A DNA stretch of 64,000 bases from the NCBI GenBank assembly GCA_026706845.1, contig JAPOXY010000024.1, positions 4,468 through 68,467 on the forward strand. Direction: 5' to 3'. The DNA is from Gemmatimonadota bacterium. GTDB lineage: Bacteria; Latescibacterota; UBA2968. Positions 30,131-38,686 of this stretch are shown in pieces. The number at the start of each line of letters is the position of its first letter. Within the stretch, counting starts at the first letter, position 1. The position numbers and the translations under genes are program-made. The notes under the pieces are model-generated. The model did no database searches and was not told where the DNA came from. It saw nothing but the letters and a program-made list of their open reading frames with translations.

Positions 30131-30301
30131 ATGTTGGCAAAACTCATCGGCATCGTATTCATCGTCATTGGCGGCTATATTGCCTTTACAGTTATCTTCC
30201 CACTCATCGGCTCTCTATTGGAGTCTATCCTTAACCTGATCGGACTCGCCATCGCCGTTGTATGTATTGGGATCGGTTATCGCTTGCTCAAAAGAGACTG
30301 A
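30131..30301 (+). CDS. Small two-TM membrane protein (56 aa), absent from the ORF track
   Basis: ATG at 30131 preceded by AAAAGGA. Translates to MLAKLIGIVFIVIGGYIAFTVIFPLIGSLLESILNLIGLAIAVVCIGIGYRLLKRD with a TGA stop at 30299-30301. A hairpin follows immediately. Confidence 0.45.
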   Translation: MLAKLIGIVFIVIGGYIAFTVIFPLIGSLLESILNLIGLAIAVVCIGIGYRLLKRD

Positions 30302-30360
30302 CGGAAAAAATCCGTCTTGTCACAAACAAAAGAATAGTAATAAACGAATTATCTTAACGA

Positions 30361-30951
30361 ATGGAGAAAAAAGTGAAAACACAGGATCAAACTCTGATTC
30401 GCGCATCCCTCTCGGGCGACTGCCGGGCATTTGAAACGCTCTACCACAAATATCAAAGTCAGATCTACGGCACCCTCGCACAGCGCATCTCGGACCGCGA
30501 CACCATTGACGACCTGATGCAAGACACATTTTTTCGCGCCTATCGCTCGCTCCACACATTCAAAGGCCAGGCAGCATTTTCGACCTGGCTCACGCAAATT
30601 GCCCTCAATGTCTATCGCTCGCACCTGCGCTCGCAGCAAGTCCGGAAAAACTGGATCCATCAAACCGAAGACCCCGAAGTCGTTCACAACGTCATCCGCG
30701 ACCTCATACCCGGCGCGCTCCCAGACCAGATTGTAGAAAAACGCGAACGCATAGAACTGGTTCACCAAAGCATTCAAAACTTACCCGAACGCTATCGCAA
30801 AGCCATGTGGCTGCGCTACGTCATGGACTGGTCCTACGAAGAAATCACACAGGCACTTCGCGTTCCGCTTGGAACCGTAAAAACCTGGCTGTGCCGCGCC
30901 CGCCGCCAACTCAAAAGCGAATTTCGCAAACTCGGTTTACAGCCCGGATGA
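30361..30951 (+). CDS. ECF-type RNA polymerase sigma-70 factor
   Basis: Region 2 (DDLMQDTFFRAYRSL) and a region 4 HTH (WSYEEITQALRVPLGTVKTWLCRARRQLK). Confidence 0.9.
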   Translation: MEKKVKTQDQTLIRASLSGDCRAFETLYHKYQSQIYGTLAQRISDRDTIDDLMQDTFFRAYRSLHTFKGQAAFSTWLTQIALNVYRSHLRSQQVRKNWIHQTEDPEVVHNVIRDLIPGALPDQIVEKRERIELVHQSIQNLPERYRKAMWLRYVMDWSYEEITQALRVPLGTVKTWLCRARRQLKSEFRKLGLQPG

Positions 30952-31083
30952 CCGGATGCGAAATAACCCTTGCTTTTCGCCCCTTGCATGGACAAATTTA
31001 GGAACAACAGGTTCACGCGTCACCAGTTCCTACCACAATACTCAAAATAGTTAATGGAACGTGCAGGATTTCTGGAGGTTAAT

Positions 31084-31692
31084 ATGCAGGCATGGTGGAC
31101 AGAACTCGCGCCTCTCACTCAGGCATTCTATGGCTGTGCCGTCTTCTTCACCCTTTTGTTTCTCTGGCAATTTATTACGACACTCATGGGCCTGGGCGAT
31201 TCCGCAGACGTCATGGACCACGACGACTTCAGTGCCAACGATGCGGGGCCAGATGTCGATAATAGCCCTTATGATCACGGTACCGCCACCTTTCAACTGC
31301 TTTCACTGCGCTCTATAATAGCCTTTGGCATGCTCTTTGGCTGGGCGGGCGCACTCTATCTCGACTCGGGACATTCAACCGAAGATTCGGTCCTCCGCGG
31401 CCTCATATGGGGCGGCGCAGGGATGGTCCTGGTTGCATATTTCTTCTACAAAGTGCAACAACTCTCCGAATCGCATAACCGAAACCTATCGTCCTGCATC
31501 GGCAATGAAGGCGAAGTCTATATCGACATCCCCGAAAATGGTGCCGGTCAAATCCGCGTGATGGAAAGCGGGGCTGTCAACTACATCTCTGCGCGCAGCA
31601 AAGACGGGCAGCCCATCCAGAACAAAACGCCGGTGCGCGTGCTGCGAACACTCGACATAACCACAGTTGAAGTCGAACCCATTCAATCCTGA
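31084..31692 (+). CDS. NfeD/YqiJ-like membrane protein with a C-terminal OB-fold
   Basis: N-terminal TM helices and a C-terminal segment GEVYIDIPENGAGQIRVMESGAVNYISARS...VRVLRTLDITTVEVEPI typical of NfeD OB domains. It lies immediately upstream of a flotillin gene, as in E. coli yqiJ-yqiK. GGAGG RBS before the ATG at 31084. Confidence 0.7.
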   Translation: MQAWWTELAPLTQAFYGCAVFFTLLFLWQFITTLMGLGDSADVMDHDDFSANDAGPDVDNSPYDHGTATFQLLSLRSIIAFGMLFGWAGALYLDSGHSTEDSVLRGLIWGGAGMVLVAYFFYKVQQLSESHNRNLSSCIGNEGEVYIDIPENGAGQIRVMESGAVNYISARSKDGQPIQNKTPVRVLRTLDITTVEVEPIQS

Positions 31693-31708
31693 ACTTAAAG
31701 GAGGTATA

Positions 31709-33229
31709 ATGCCCAACGAATTCATTCTCACCGTCATCCTGGCAGCTGTTGTATTATTGCTGTTCCTCACATTCATCTCGCGTTACAAGCGCTGTCCATC
31801 CAACAAAATCCTCGTCATCTACGGCAAAACGGGAGGTGGCACAGCCGCAAAATGTGTACACGGTGGTGCAGCTTTTGTCCTGCCCCTATTGCAGGACTAC
31901 GACTACCTCGACCTCGAACCCTTTGTCGTACCCATTGACCTGGACAACGCGCTATCACAGGAAAACATCCGCGTATCCGTGCCCACCACAGTCACAGCAG
32001 CGGTCTCCAATCAACCAGGCATCATGCAAAACGCTGCCATCCGACTCTTGGGCCTTTCCCGTGAACAAGTTCAAAGCCAGGCACAGGACATCATCCTCGG
32101 TCAGATGCGCGCAGTCATTGCAACCATGCAAATTGAAGAAATCAATCAGGACCGACAGGCATTCATGACCAAAGTCAATGATGCTGTCTCCACTGAAATG
32201 GAAAAAATTGGTCTGGCTGTTATCAACGTCAACATCAAAGACCTCGACGACGAAAGCGGCTACATCAAAGCCATCGGTCAAAAAGCAGCAGCCGAAGCCG
32301 TGAACCAGGCATCCATCGACGTGGCCGAACAAGAACGACACGGACAAGTTGGCGTGGCCGAACGCGCACGCGATCGGCGTCGGGACGTCGCCGCAGCCGA
32401 ATCAGAAGCCGAAGTTGGCGAAGCCGAAGCTGCGAGAAACAGACGACGACAGGTCGCCGCTCTCGAAGCCGAAGCCGAAATTGGCGAAGCAGAAGCAGGG
32501 CGAGACAAACGCCAAAACGTCGCCGCTCTCGAAGCCGAAGCCGTACAGTCAGAAACAGAAGCAGAAGCAAAAACAGCGGGCTATCGCGCACAACAACGCG
32601 TTGCAGAAGAAGAAGCGCGCCGAAAAGCAGAAGAAGCGGCCAAAGGTGCCGACGGCGCCATTCGCGTTGCCCAGGAAACCGCGGAAAAAGCAGCCGAAGA
32701 AGCCCGAGCACTGCGCGAAGAAGCGCGCCTGCGTGCAGAAATCGTCGTTCAGGCAGAAGCCGAAAAACAACGCCAGGTCGTTCAGGCAGAAGCCGAAAAA
32801 GAACAGCGACGACTTATTGCCGAAGGTGAAGCCGCAGCCATTCTCGCACAAAAACAGGCTGAAGCCCAGGGAACTCAGGCCATTCTCAACGCCAAAGCCG
32901 AAGGATACAGACAACTCGTTGAAGCCTGTGGCGACAACGACCAGGCAGCAGCGGCCTTTCTGATCATCGAACGCCTCACCGAAGTCGCCAATATCCAGGC
33001 AGAAGCCATTAGCAATTTACCCATTGACAAAGTAATGGTCTGGGATAGCGGCAATGGCGAAAGTGGCATGTCCAACCTGGGACAACGCCTCATGGGTGCT
33101 CTGCCTCCCATGCACGATCTGGCGCGTCTGGCAGGACTTGAATTGCCCGAATTTTTGGGCAAAATGAACGGCGAACAAACACCCGGAGAAAACGGCAAAT
33201 CCGACACCTCAAAAGACGCAGAGGCGTAG
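31709..33229 (+). CDS. Flotillin/SPFH (band-7) family protein, YqiK-like
   Basis: N-terminal TM segment, an SPFH domain, then long Glu/Ala-rich coiled-coil repeats. ATG at 31709 with a GGAGG RBS. Confidence 0.88.
   Translation: MPNEFILTVILAAVVLLLFLTFISRYKRCPSNKILVIYGKTGGGTAAKCVHGGAAFVLPLLQDYDYLDLEPFVVPIDLDNALSQENIRVSVPTTVTAAVSNQPGIMQNAAIRLLGLSREQVQSQAQDIILGQMRAVIATMQIEEINQDRQAFMTKVNDAVSTEMEKIGLAVINVNIKDLDDESGYIKAIGQKAAAEAVNQASIDVAEQERHGQVGVAERARDRRRDVAAAESEAEVGEAEAARNRRRQVAALEAEAEIGEAEAGRDKRQNVAALEAEAVQSETEAEAKTAGYRAQQRVAEEEARRKAEEAAKGADGAIRVAQETAEKAAEEARALREEARLRAEIVVQAEAEKQRQVVQAEAEKEQRRLIAEGEAAAILAQKQAEAQGTQAILNAKAEGYRQLVEACGDNDQAAAAFLIIERLTEVANIQAEAISNLPIDKVMVWDSGNGESGMSNLGQRLMGALPPMHDLARLAGLELPEFLGKMNGEQTPGENGKSDTSKDAEA
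32387..32550 (+). repeat. 66-nt (22-aa) tandem repeat inside the flotillin coiled coil, about 2.5 units
   Basis: GTCGCCGC... units start at 32387, 32453 and 32519. They encode VAA(A/L)E(S/A)EAE(V/I)GEAEA.R..R(R/Q). Confidence 0.8.
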
Positions 33230-33251
33230 GTTACAACGCGCAAGTACAGCC

Positions 33252-34508
33252 ATGTCCAACACCCTGAACACACACCTCGACATAGAATCCCGTTTCCAAA
33301 TGGCGCTGCAACACGCACGCGGGGCAGCGCCAGGCTCGGGCGACTACAAAAAAGCGGTTGAACACCTCGAACACATTTTGTCTGTCGATGACCAGGGCGA
33401 AGAAATGGACCGCGTCTGTTTTTTGTTGGGCAGCCTGCTCGATGACTTTCCGGAAAACGTATCTCGAGCCATCGCCGTTTACCGCCGGGGTTTGGAAGCC
33501 GATCCCCTCTTTGCGCCCGGGCATAACAACCTGGGCGTTTTGCTCATGCAAAATGGGCAAATCCTGTCGGCTCTTGGCGAATTTAAAATCGCCATACACC
33601 TCGAACCCGATTACATGCTGCCCTATCGCAACCTCGCCCGATTGCTCTTTCAACACATGAGCCCGGCACAAATGGAACGCGAATACGCAAGCATCACCGA
33701 AGAATTTGGCGTCAGGGCATCGACGAGCATTCTCGCCCGCCTATCTCTCGAACTCATAGACCTTGGGCGAGCACAGGTCTATGAAAGCCTCTACACGCAC
33801 GGCCATCGCATCAAAAACCTGATGGGTCTCTCCGGCAGCCGAATGCGCCGCGCCATACGCAATTTACCGCCACATTCCGATGGCCTGGATGATCTGAAAG
33901 ACATCGCACACGAACAAGAACACATCTACAACCAATGGGTCGCCTACTTGCGGTCTATGAAACAAGACACGATGAACCCCGCGCTGGTCGATGTGTCCCA
34001 ACTCATTGAAAAAATGACCCACAAACTCTCTGCACGAGCGGGGAACAAAGAACTCATCTTTGCCGCCGAACCTCATGTGCCCCAGGTAAAAGCGGACGCA
34101 GGCATGTTATCTGAAGCCGTGACAAACCTGACCCTCAACGCCATCGAAGCCGTTGAAGATAATGGCGTGGTAAGAGTACAGGTCGGCGCCGATACAGAAC
34201 GCAGTTCGGTTTATATTGAAGTGGAAGACAATGGCCCCGGCATTCCGGAAAATTTGCAAACCCGCATATTTGATCCCGGATTTTCAACGCGAGAACGAGG
34301 CAATGGCTATGGGCTGAGTATATGCTCTCGCATTGCAGCGGCACACCGCGGCACGTTGCGCGTAATCAGCCGCCCCGGTGCAGGCGCGGTTTTTCGCATT
34401 GACCTGCCCGTCGATTTTGAAGTCTCAACACAACAAGACAGCATTGGCCTGCAACACAGCGTACCCGACACCTCGCGCGATCCAATAGCTGAAGAATTTA
34501 TTCAATAA
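33252..34508 (+). CDS. Cytoplasmic TPR-domain sensor histidine kinase
   Basis: N-terminal TPR repeats (AIAVYRRGLEADPLFAPGHNNLGVLL...), an H-box region (THGHRIKNLMG) and an HATPase_c domain (IEVEDNGPGIP, GNGYGLSI). No TM segment seen. Confidence 0.8.
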   Translation: MSNTLNTHLDIESRFQMALQHARGAAPGSGDYKKAVEHLEHILSVDDQGEEMDRVCFLLGSLLDDFPENVSRAIAVYRRGLEADPLFAPGHNNLGVLLMQNGQILSALGEFKIAIHLEPDYMLPYRNLARLLFQHMSPAQMEREYASITEEFGVRASTSILARLSLELIDLGRAQVYESLYTHGHRIKNLMGLSGSRMRRAIRNLPPHSDGLDDLKDIAHEQEHIYNQWVAYLRSMKQDTMNPALVDVSQLIEKMTHKLSARAGNKELIFAAEPHVPQVKADAGMLSEAVTNLTLNAIEAVEDNGVVRVQVGADTERSSVYIEVEDNGPGIPENLQTRIFDPGFSTRERGNGYGLSICSRIAAAHRGTLRVISRPGAGAVFRIDLPVDFEVSTQQDSIGLQHSVPDTSRDPIAEEFIQ

Positions 34509-34519
34509 GACCCTCTCCC

Positions 34520-35929
34520 ATGACTGAAATTATCGTTGCTGACGACCAGATAGAAGTCCTCGACATGCTGATTCGAAGCCTGCGGGAAGACACGCGCAAG
34601 ATCCATGCCTTCTCTACCGGACGCGAAGCGCTAACATATCTCCAACAGCATCCCAATCAGATTGGCCTGGCCATTCTCGACCTCGATTACGGGCCCGATG
34701 AACCCGATGGCCTCGAAATTTTACCACAAATGCTCAAATCGGTTCCCGACCTGCCCGTCATCATGCTCACCGGACAGGGCACAATAGATACAGCCGTGGC
34801 TGCATTGCGACTGGGCGCAACAGACTTTATTGAAAAAGACTTTTATATCGAAGACAAAATCGAACTCAGCCTTGAAAAACTCGACCGCGTTTATCAAGCA
34901 CTCAGGGAAAATGCCCAACTGCGGGCAGAAGTTCAGGACCTGGGGCGCGAAAATCAATTCTACCGGGACGAATTTGGCAAACGCTATCAAATCATCGGCT
35001 CCAGCCCCAAACTCCAGCAAATCCTCCAGCGAGCGCAAACCGTAGCTCCCATCCCCAGGCCCGCGCTCATCACAGGCGAACCCGGAACGGGCAAAGAACT
35101 CGTCGCCGCTGCCATCCACTATAACAGCGACCGCAAAGACCGTCCCTTTGTCAAAGTCAATTGCGCCGCCATTGCCGACCAATTGCTCGAAAGCGAACTC
35201 TTTGGACACGAAAAAGGGGCTTATACGGGCGCAACAGAAGCCCGTCCAGGCAAATTTGAAGCCGCGAGTGGCGGCACCCTATTCCTCGATGAAATTGGCA
35301 ACACCACCCCCGAATTTCAGCAAAATGTGCTGCGCGCCATTGAATATAGCGAAATCCAGCGCGTGGGCAGTGCGACACCCATCTTTATCGACGTGCGCGT
35401 TATTGCCGCCACGAATACCGATCTCGAAACGGAAATTGCCGAAGGCCGATTCCGCCAGGACCTCTACGACAGATTGCGCTTTGAAGTCTTGCACATGCCC
35501 CCGTTGCGCGAACGCCGAGAAGACATTCCCGCATTAGCCGATTATTTTGTCGCGCAAATTGTCGAAGAAGTACCCGGCCTTCAAAAACGCGATTTTTCCG
35601 ATGCGGCAATAGAACGCCTGATGACATATCGCTGGCCGGGCAATGTGCGCGAACTCAAATTTGCGGCCGAACGCGCGGCCTGTGTCGCCCGAGGGACAGA
35701 GATTGAACCCGGAGATCTGCCCCCCGAAGTTTCTCAACAAGCGCCCCAATCACCCGAATTGAGCGACGGTTTTGAATCACAAGTGCAATCCTTTGAACTG
35801 AGTCTATTGCGGCGCATCCTCGATAAAGTCTCCTGGAACCAGCGCGAAGCCGCCAAACAACTCAAACTCAGCTACGACCAATTTCGCCACCTGTACCGCA
35901 AATACAAACTCAACAAAGAAAAACCCTGA
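34520..35929 (+). CDS. Sigma-54-dependent response regulator (NtrC family)
   Basis: Receiver domain (LAILDLDYG), AAA+ Walker A (GEPGTGKE), the sigma-54 contact loop ESELFGHEKGAYTGA and a C-terminal HTH. Confidence 0.92.
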   Translation: MTEIIVADDQIEVLDMLIRSLREDTRKIHAFSTGREALTYLQQHPNQIGLAILDLDYGPDEPDGLEILPQMLKSVPDLPVIMLTGQGTIDTAVAALRLGATDFIEKDFYIEDKIELSLEKLDRVYQALRENAQLRAEVQDLGRENQFYRDEFGKRYQIIGSSPKLQQILQRAQTVAPIPRPALITGEPGTGKELVAAAIHYNSDRKDRPFVKVNCAAIADQLLESELFGHEKGAYTGATEARPGKFEAASGGTLFLDEIGNTTPEFQQNVLRAIEYSEIQRVGSATPIFIDVRVIAATNTDLETEIAEGRFRQDLYDRLRFEVLHMPPLRERREDIPALADYFVAQIVEEVPGLQKRDFSDAAIERLMTYRWPGNVRELKFAAERAACVARGTEIEPGDLPPEVSQQAPQSPELSDGFESQVQSFELSLLRRILDKVSWNQREAAKQLKLSYDQFRHLYRKYKLNKEKP

Positions 35930-35934
35930 TTGTT

Positions 35935-37503
35935 ATGGCTCTCGACATCCCCGTTCGGGCAAATCTCCAATACTTTCGCTGTCTCAACGACAGCATATCC
36001 ACCTGGGCGAGTCACCTGCCCTTTTTGTTTCTCGCTTCATTTTTGGCAATACTCCTGAGTGCGATATCGGGCACTTTGCTCCTGGGCAGCTTATATGCGG
36101 GCTTTGCCATCATGATCTTGCGCGCGCAACAAGGGGAACAACCCCGTATGCGAGATCTATTTGGGCAAATCATTCGCTTCGTCCGTTTTTTTTCGATGAA
36201 CATTTTTATCTTCCTGTTCTTTATTCTCGGCTTCGTCCTCATTGTAGCGCTGGTTTTTGTGAACAGTGATTTCTTTGCATTCCTGCTCAATGCATTCAAA
36301 CAGGTCGTCGCCCGGGAAACGACCTGGGATATCCCCGCTGCACCAGAAAACATTGGAAGATTCTTAGAAGACAAAAATATTATTTATTATGCCGTCATTC
36401 CGGCAGCTTGCCTCTTATTTTTACCCGGCCTCATTTTTGTTGTCAAATGCTTCTACATCTATCTTCTGGCAGCAGACAGGGGAGTACACATTGATGAAGC
36501 CTATGTCGAAAGCCGCAAAGCCGTTGAACGCTACGGTTTTTTTCGCCACTGTGCGCTTATACTCACCGCGCTCGGAATTCTTGCAGGCTCAATCGCACTC
36601 ACCAGGGACATCATCGATAATGCCTTCGTCCAGTTCTGTATCTTCGCCCTCTTTCAACCCCTCGCGCTTGGAATTTTCGCATCGGCTTACAACCAGACCC
36701 TTTGCGAAGAAGCGCGACAGTGGGAGAGCTACAAACAACAATTTTCCGAAATGCGCGATGAATTGCAAACAGCGCACGACATGCAAATGGGTCTATTGCC
36801 GCAATCCAGTCCCGACCTGCCTGGTTTTGCAATCGACGGAACCTGTATTCCCGCCAACAGCGTCGGCGGGGATTACTATACGTACCGCTGGTTGGATGAA
36901 GACAAAACAAAACTCGGCATCGTCGTTGCCGATGTTTCTGGCAAAGCCATGGAAGCAGCCGTGACCGCTGTGCGTTTCAATGAAATGCTCCGCTATGAAT
37001 GCCAGAATCGCGTTGCGCCAGCTGATATTCTCGACGGTCTTAATGACTCACTGGAAGGTCAAATTGAACACACGACATTTATCACCTGTTGTATTGTTGT
37101 GCTCGACGTACCCACAGGCGAAGTCACGCTTGCAAGCGCAGGACACTGTCCTCCTATCCACCTATCCAATCAATCTCAATTTATCGACATCACGGGATAT
37201 CCCCTGGGGATCCCGGCACTCGTACGCCCCCAAACGCCATATCGCGTTGAGCATTTAACACTCGCGCCCGGTGATCGTCTCGTACTCTACTCCGATGGTG
37301 TTGTCGAAGCCCAAAATGCCAAACGCAACTTCTTTGACGACGACCGATTTATACGTTGTCTCGAACGCGCATCCATAGATCAGACACCCACAGACCTGAT
37401 TGCCGACCTCGTAGCCAATGTCAAATCCTTTATTGGCAAAGCGCGGCGCACCGACGACATAACCCTCGTTATACTCCAGCGCGATTTATCCCTTAACTCC
37501 TGA
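35935..37503 (+). CDS. Membrane-anchored PP2C/SpoIIE-family serine phosphatase
   Basis: A multi-TM N-terminal half and a C-terminal PPM domain (GGDYYTYRW, VVADVSGKAMEAA, LVLYSDGV, DDITLVIL). Confidence 0.85.
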   Translation: MALDIPVRANLQYFRCLNDSISTWASHLPFLFLASFLAILLSAISGTLLLGSLYAGFAIMILRAQQGEQPRMRDLFGQIIRFVRFFSMNIFIFLFFILGFVLIVALVFVNSDFFAFLLNAFKQVVARETTWDIPAAPENIGRFLEDKNIIYYAVIPAACLLFLPGLIFVVKCFYIYLLAADRGVHIDEAYVESRKAVERYGFFRHCALILTALGILAGSIALTRDIIDNAFVQFCIFALFQPLALGIFASAYNQTLCEEARQWESYKQQFSEMRDELQTAHDMQMGLLPQSSPDLPGFAIDGTCIPANSVGGDYYTYRWLDEDKTKLGIVVADVSGKAMEAAVTAVRFNEMLRYECQNRVAPADILDGLNDSLEGQIEHTTFITCCIVVLDVPTGEVTLASAGHCPPIHLSNQSQFIDITGYPLGIPALVRPQTPYRVEHLTLAPGDRLVLYSDGVVEAQNAKRNFFDDDRFIRCLERASIDQTPTDLIADLVANVKSFIGKARRTDDITLVILQRDLSLNS

Positions 37504-37511
37504 CCCATCTC

Positions 37512-38681
37512 ATGACGACCAACGCCCGCTTCATACTCATACACTATCACGAAATTGGCCTCAAAGGCAAAAATCGGGGCAAATTTGAACGGCATCTGAT
37601 GACCAACATCACCCGCGCACTCAAAGACGTACCCTGTGGAAAGCTCGAGCGTCTATCGGGTCGCATGATGCTCGCACTCACCTCAGAATCGCCGATAGAT
37701 GTCATCCGCGAACGACTCGCAACAGTCTTTGGCATCGCCAACTTTTCCGAAGCTGTGATCGCCAAACGCAATATCGAAGCCATTCGAGAAACAGCCTGGA
37801 CACTCGCACAAAAAACCGACTTTCAATCCTTCAAAATCGTCACCAGACGCGGCGACAAAACCTTTCCGCTCAATTCGGACCAAATCAACCGGGACGTGGG
37901 CAAACATATTCAAACCCTGTCCGGTGCCCGCGTCCTGATGGACAATCCAGACCTCATTTGTTTTATTGAAATTGCCCCACAACGCATATTCATCTACGCC
38001 GAAAAAATCTCGGCACCAGGGGGGTTGCCCGTCGGTTCCAATGAACGCGCTGTAAGCCTCATTTCCTCGGGCATTGACTCACCCGTGGCTTCTTACAAAA
38101 TTATGAAACGCGGTGTCAAACTGACTTATGTGCATTTTCACAGCCAGCCCTATACCAATCGCAACTCCCAGCGCAACACCGAAGACCTCGTGCGACTCCT
38201 CACCCGGCATCAATACGTGTCGGACCTGTACCTGGTGCCATTTGTCGAAATTCAACGCCACATCATGATGCGAGCACCTGCGAGCTATCGCGTCATTCTC
38301 TACCGCCGCGCCATGCTGCGCATAGCAGAAGCCGTTGCCCAAAAAGTCAATGCCCTCGCACTTGTCACTGGCGAAAACGTCGGGCAGGTCGCCTCGCAAA
38401 CCCTGTCGAACATGCGCGTCATCGAAGAAGTGACCCCGCTACCCATCTTGCGTCCATTAGCCGGTGACAACAAAGAAGAAATCATCAATGAAGCACGGCG
38501 CATTGGCACATATCATATCTCCATCGAACCCTATGAAGATTGTTGTTCTGTCTTTGTACCCAAACACCCCGAAACGCGCGCCAATTTGGAAAAAGTCCGC
38601 GAAATCGAATCCGCGCTCAACCTCGCCCCCCTCATCGAACAAACCCTTGAACAAACCGAACGCAAAACGTTTAAGTTTTAG
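37512..38681 (+). CDS. thiI: tRNA 4-thiouridine(8) synthase
   Basis: N-terminal ferredoxin-like plus THUMP region (IHYHEIGLKGKNR) and a PP-loop (LISSGIDSPVASY). No rhodanese domain. Confidence 0.88.
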   Translation: MTTNARFILIHYHEIGLKGKNRGKFERHLMTNITRALKDVPCGKLERLSGRMMLALTSESPIDVIRERLATVFGIANFSEAVIAKRNIEAIRETAWTLAQKTDFQSFKIVTRRGDKTFPLNSDQINRDVGKHIQTLSGARVLMDNPDLICFIEIAPQRIFIYAEKISAPGGLPVGSNERAVSLISSGIDSPVASYKIMKRGVKLTYVHFHSQPYTNRNSQRNTEDLVRLLTRHQYVSDLYLVPFVEIQRHIMMRAPASYRVILYRRAMLRIAEAVAQKVNALALVTGENVGQVASQTLSNMRVIEEVTPLPILRPLAGDNKEEIINEARRIGTYHISIEPYEDCCSVFVPKHPETRANLEKVREIESALNLAPLIEQTLEQTERKTFKF

Positions 38682-38686
38682 CATAC

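Noticed and set aside
30300-30320. GACGGA-AAAAA-TCCGTC hairpin as a full terminator separating the psp genes from the ECF sigma gene
   Set aside because: The stem is only 6 bp and is followed by TTGT rather than a T-run. It may attenuate or stabilise the transcript, but I do not call it a terminator.
30952-31083. ECF-type promoter (GGAAC ... CGTC) upstream of the NfeD-like gene
   Set aside because: The spacer between GGAAC and CGTC is only about 12 nt, well short of the 16-17 nt typical of ECF promoters.
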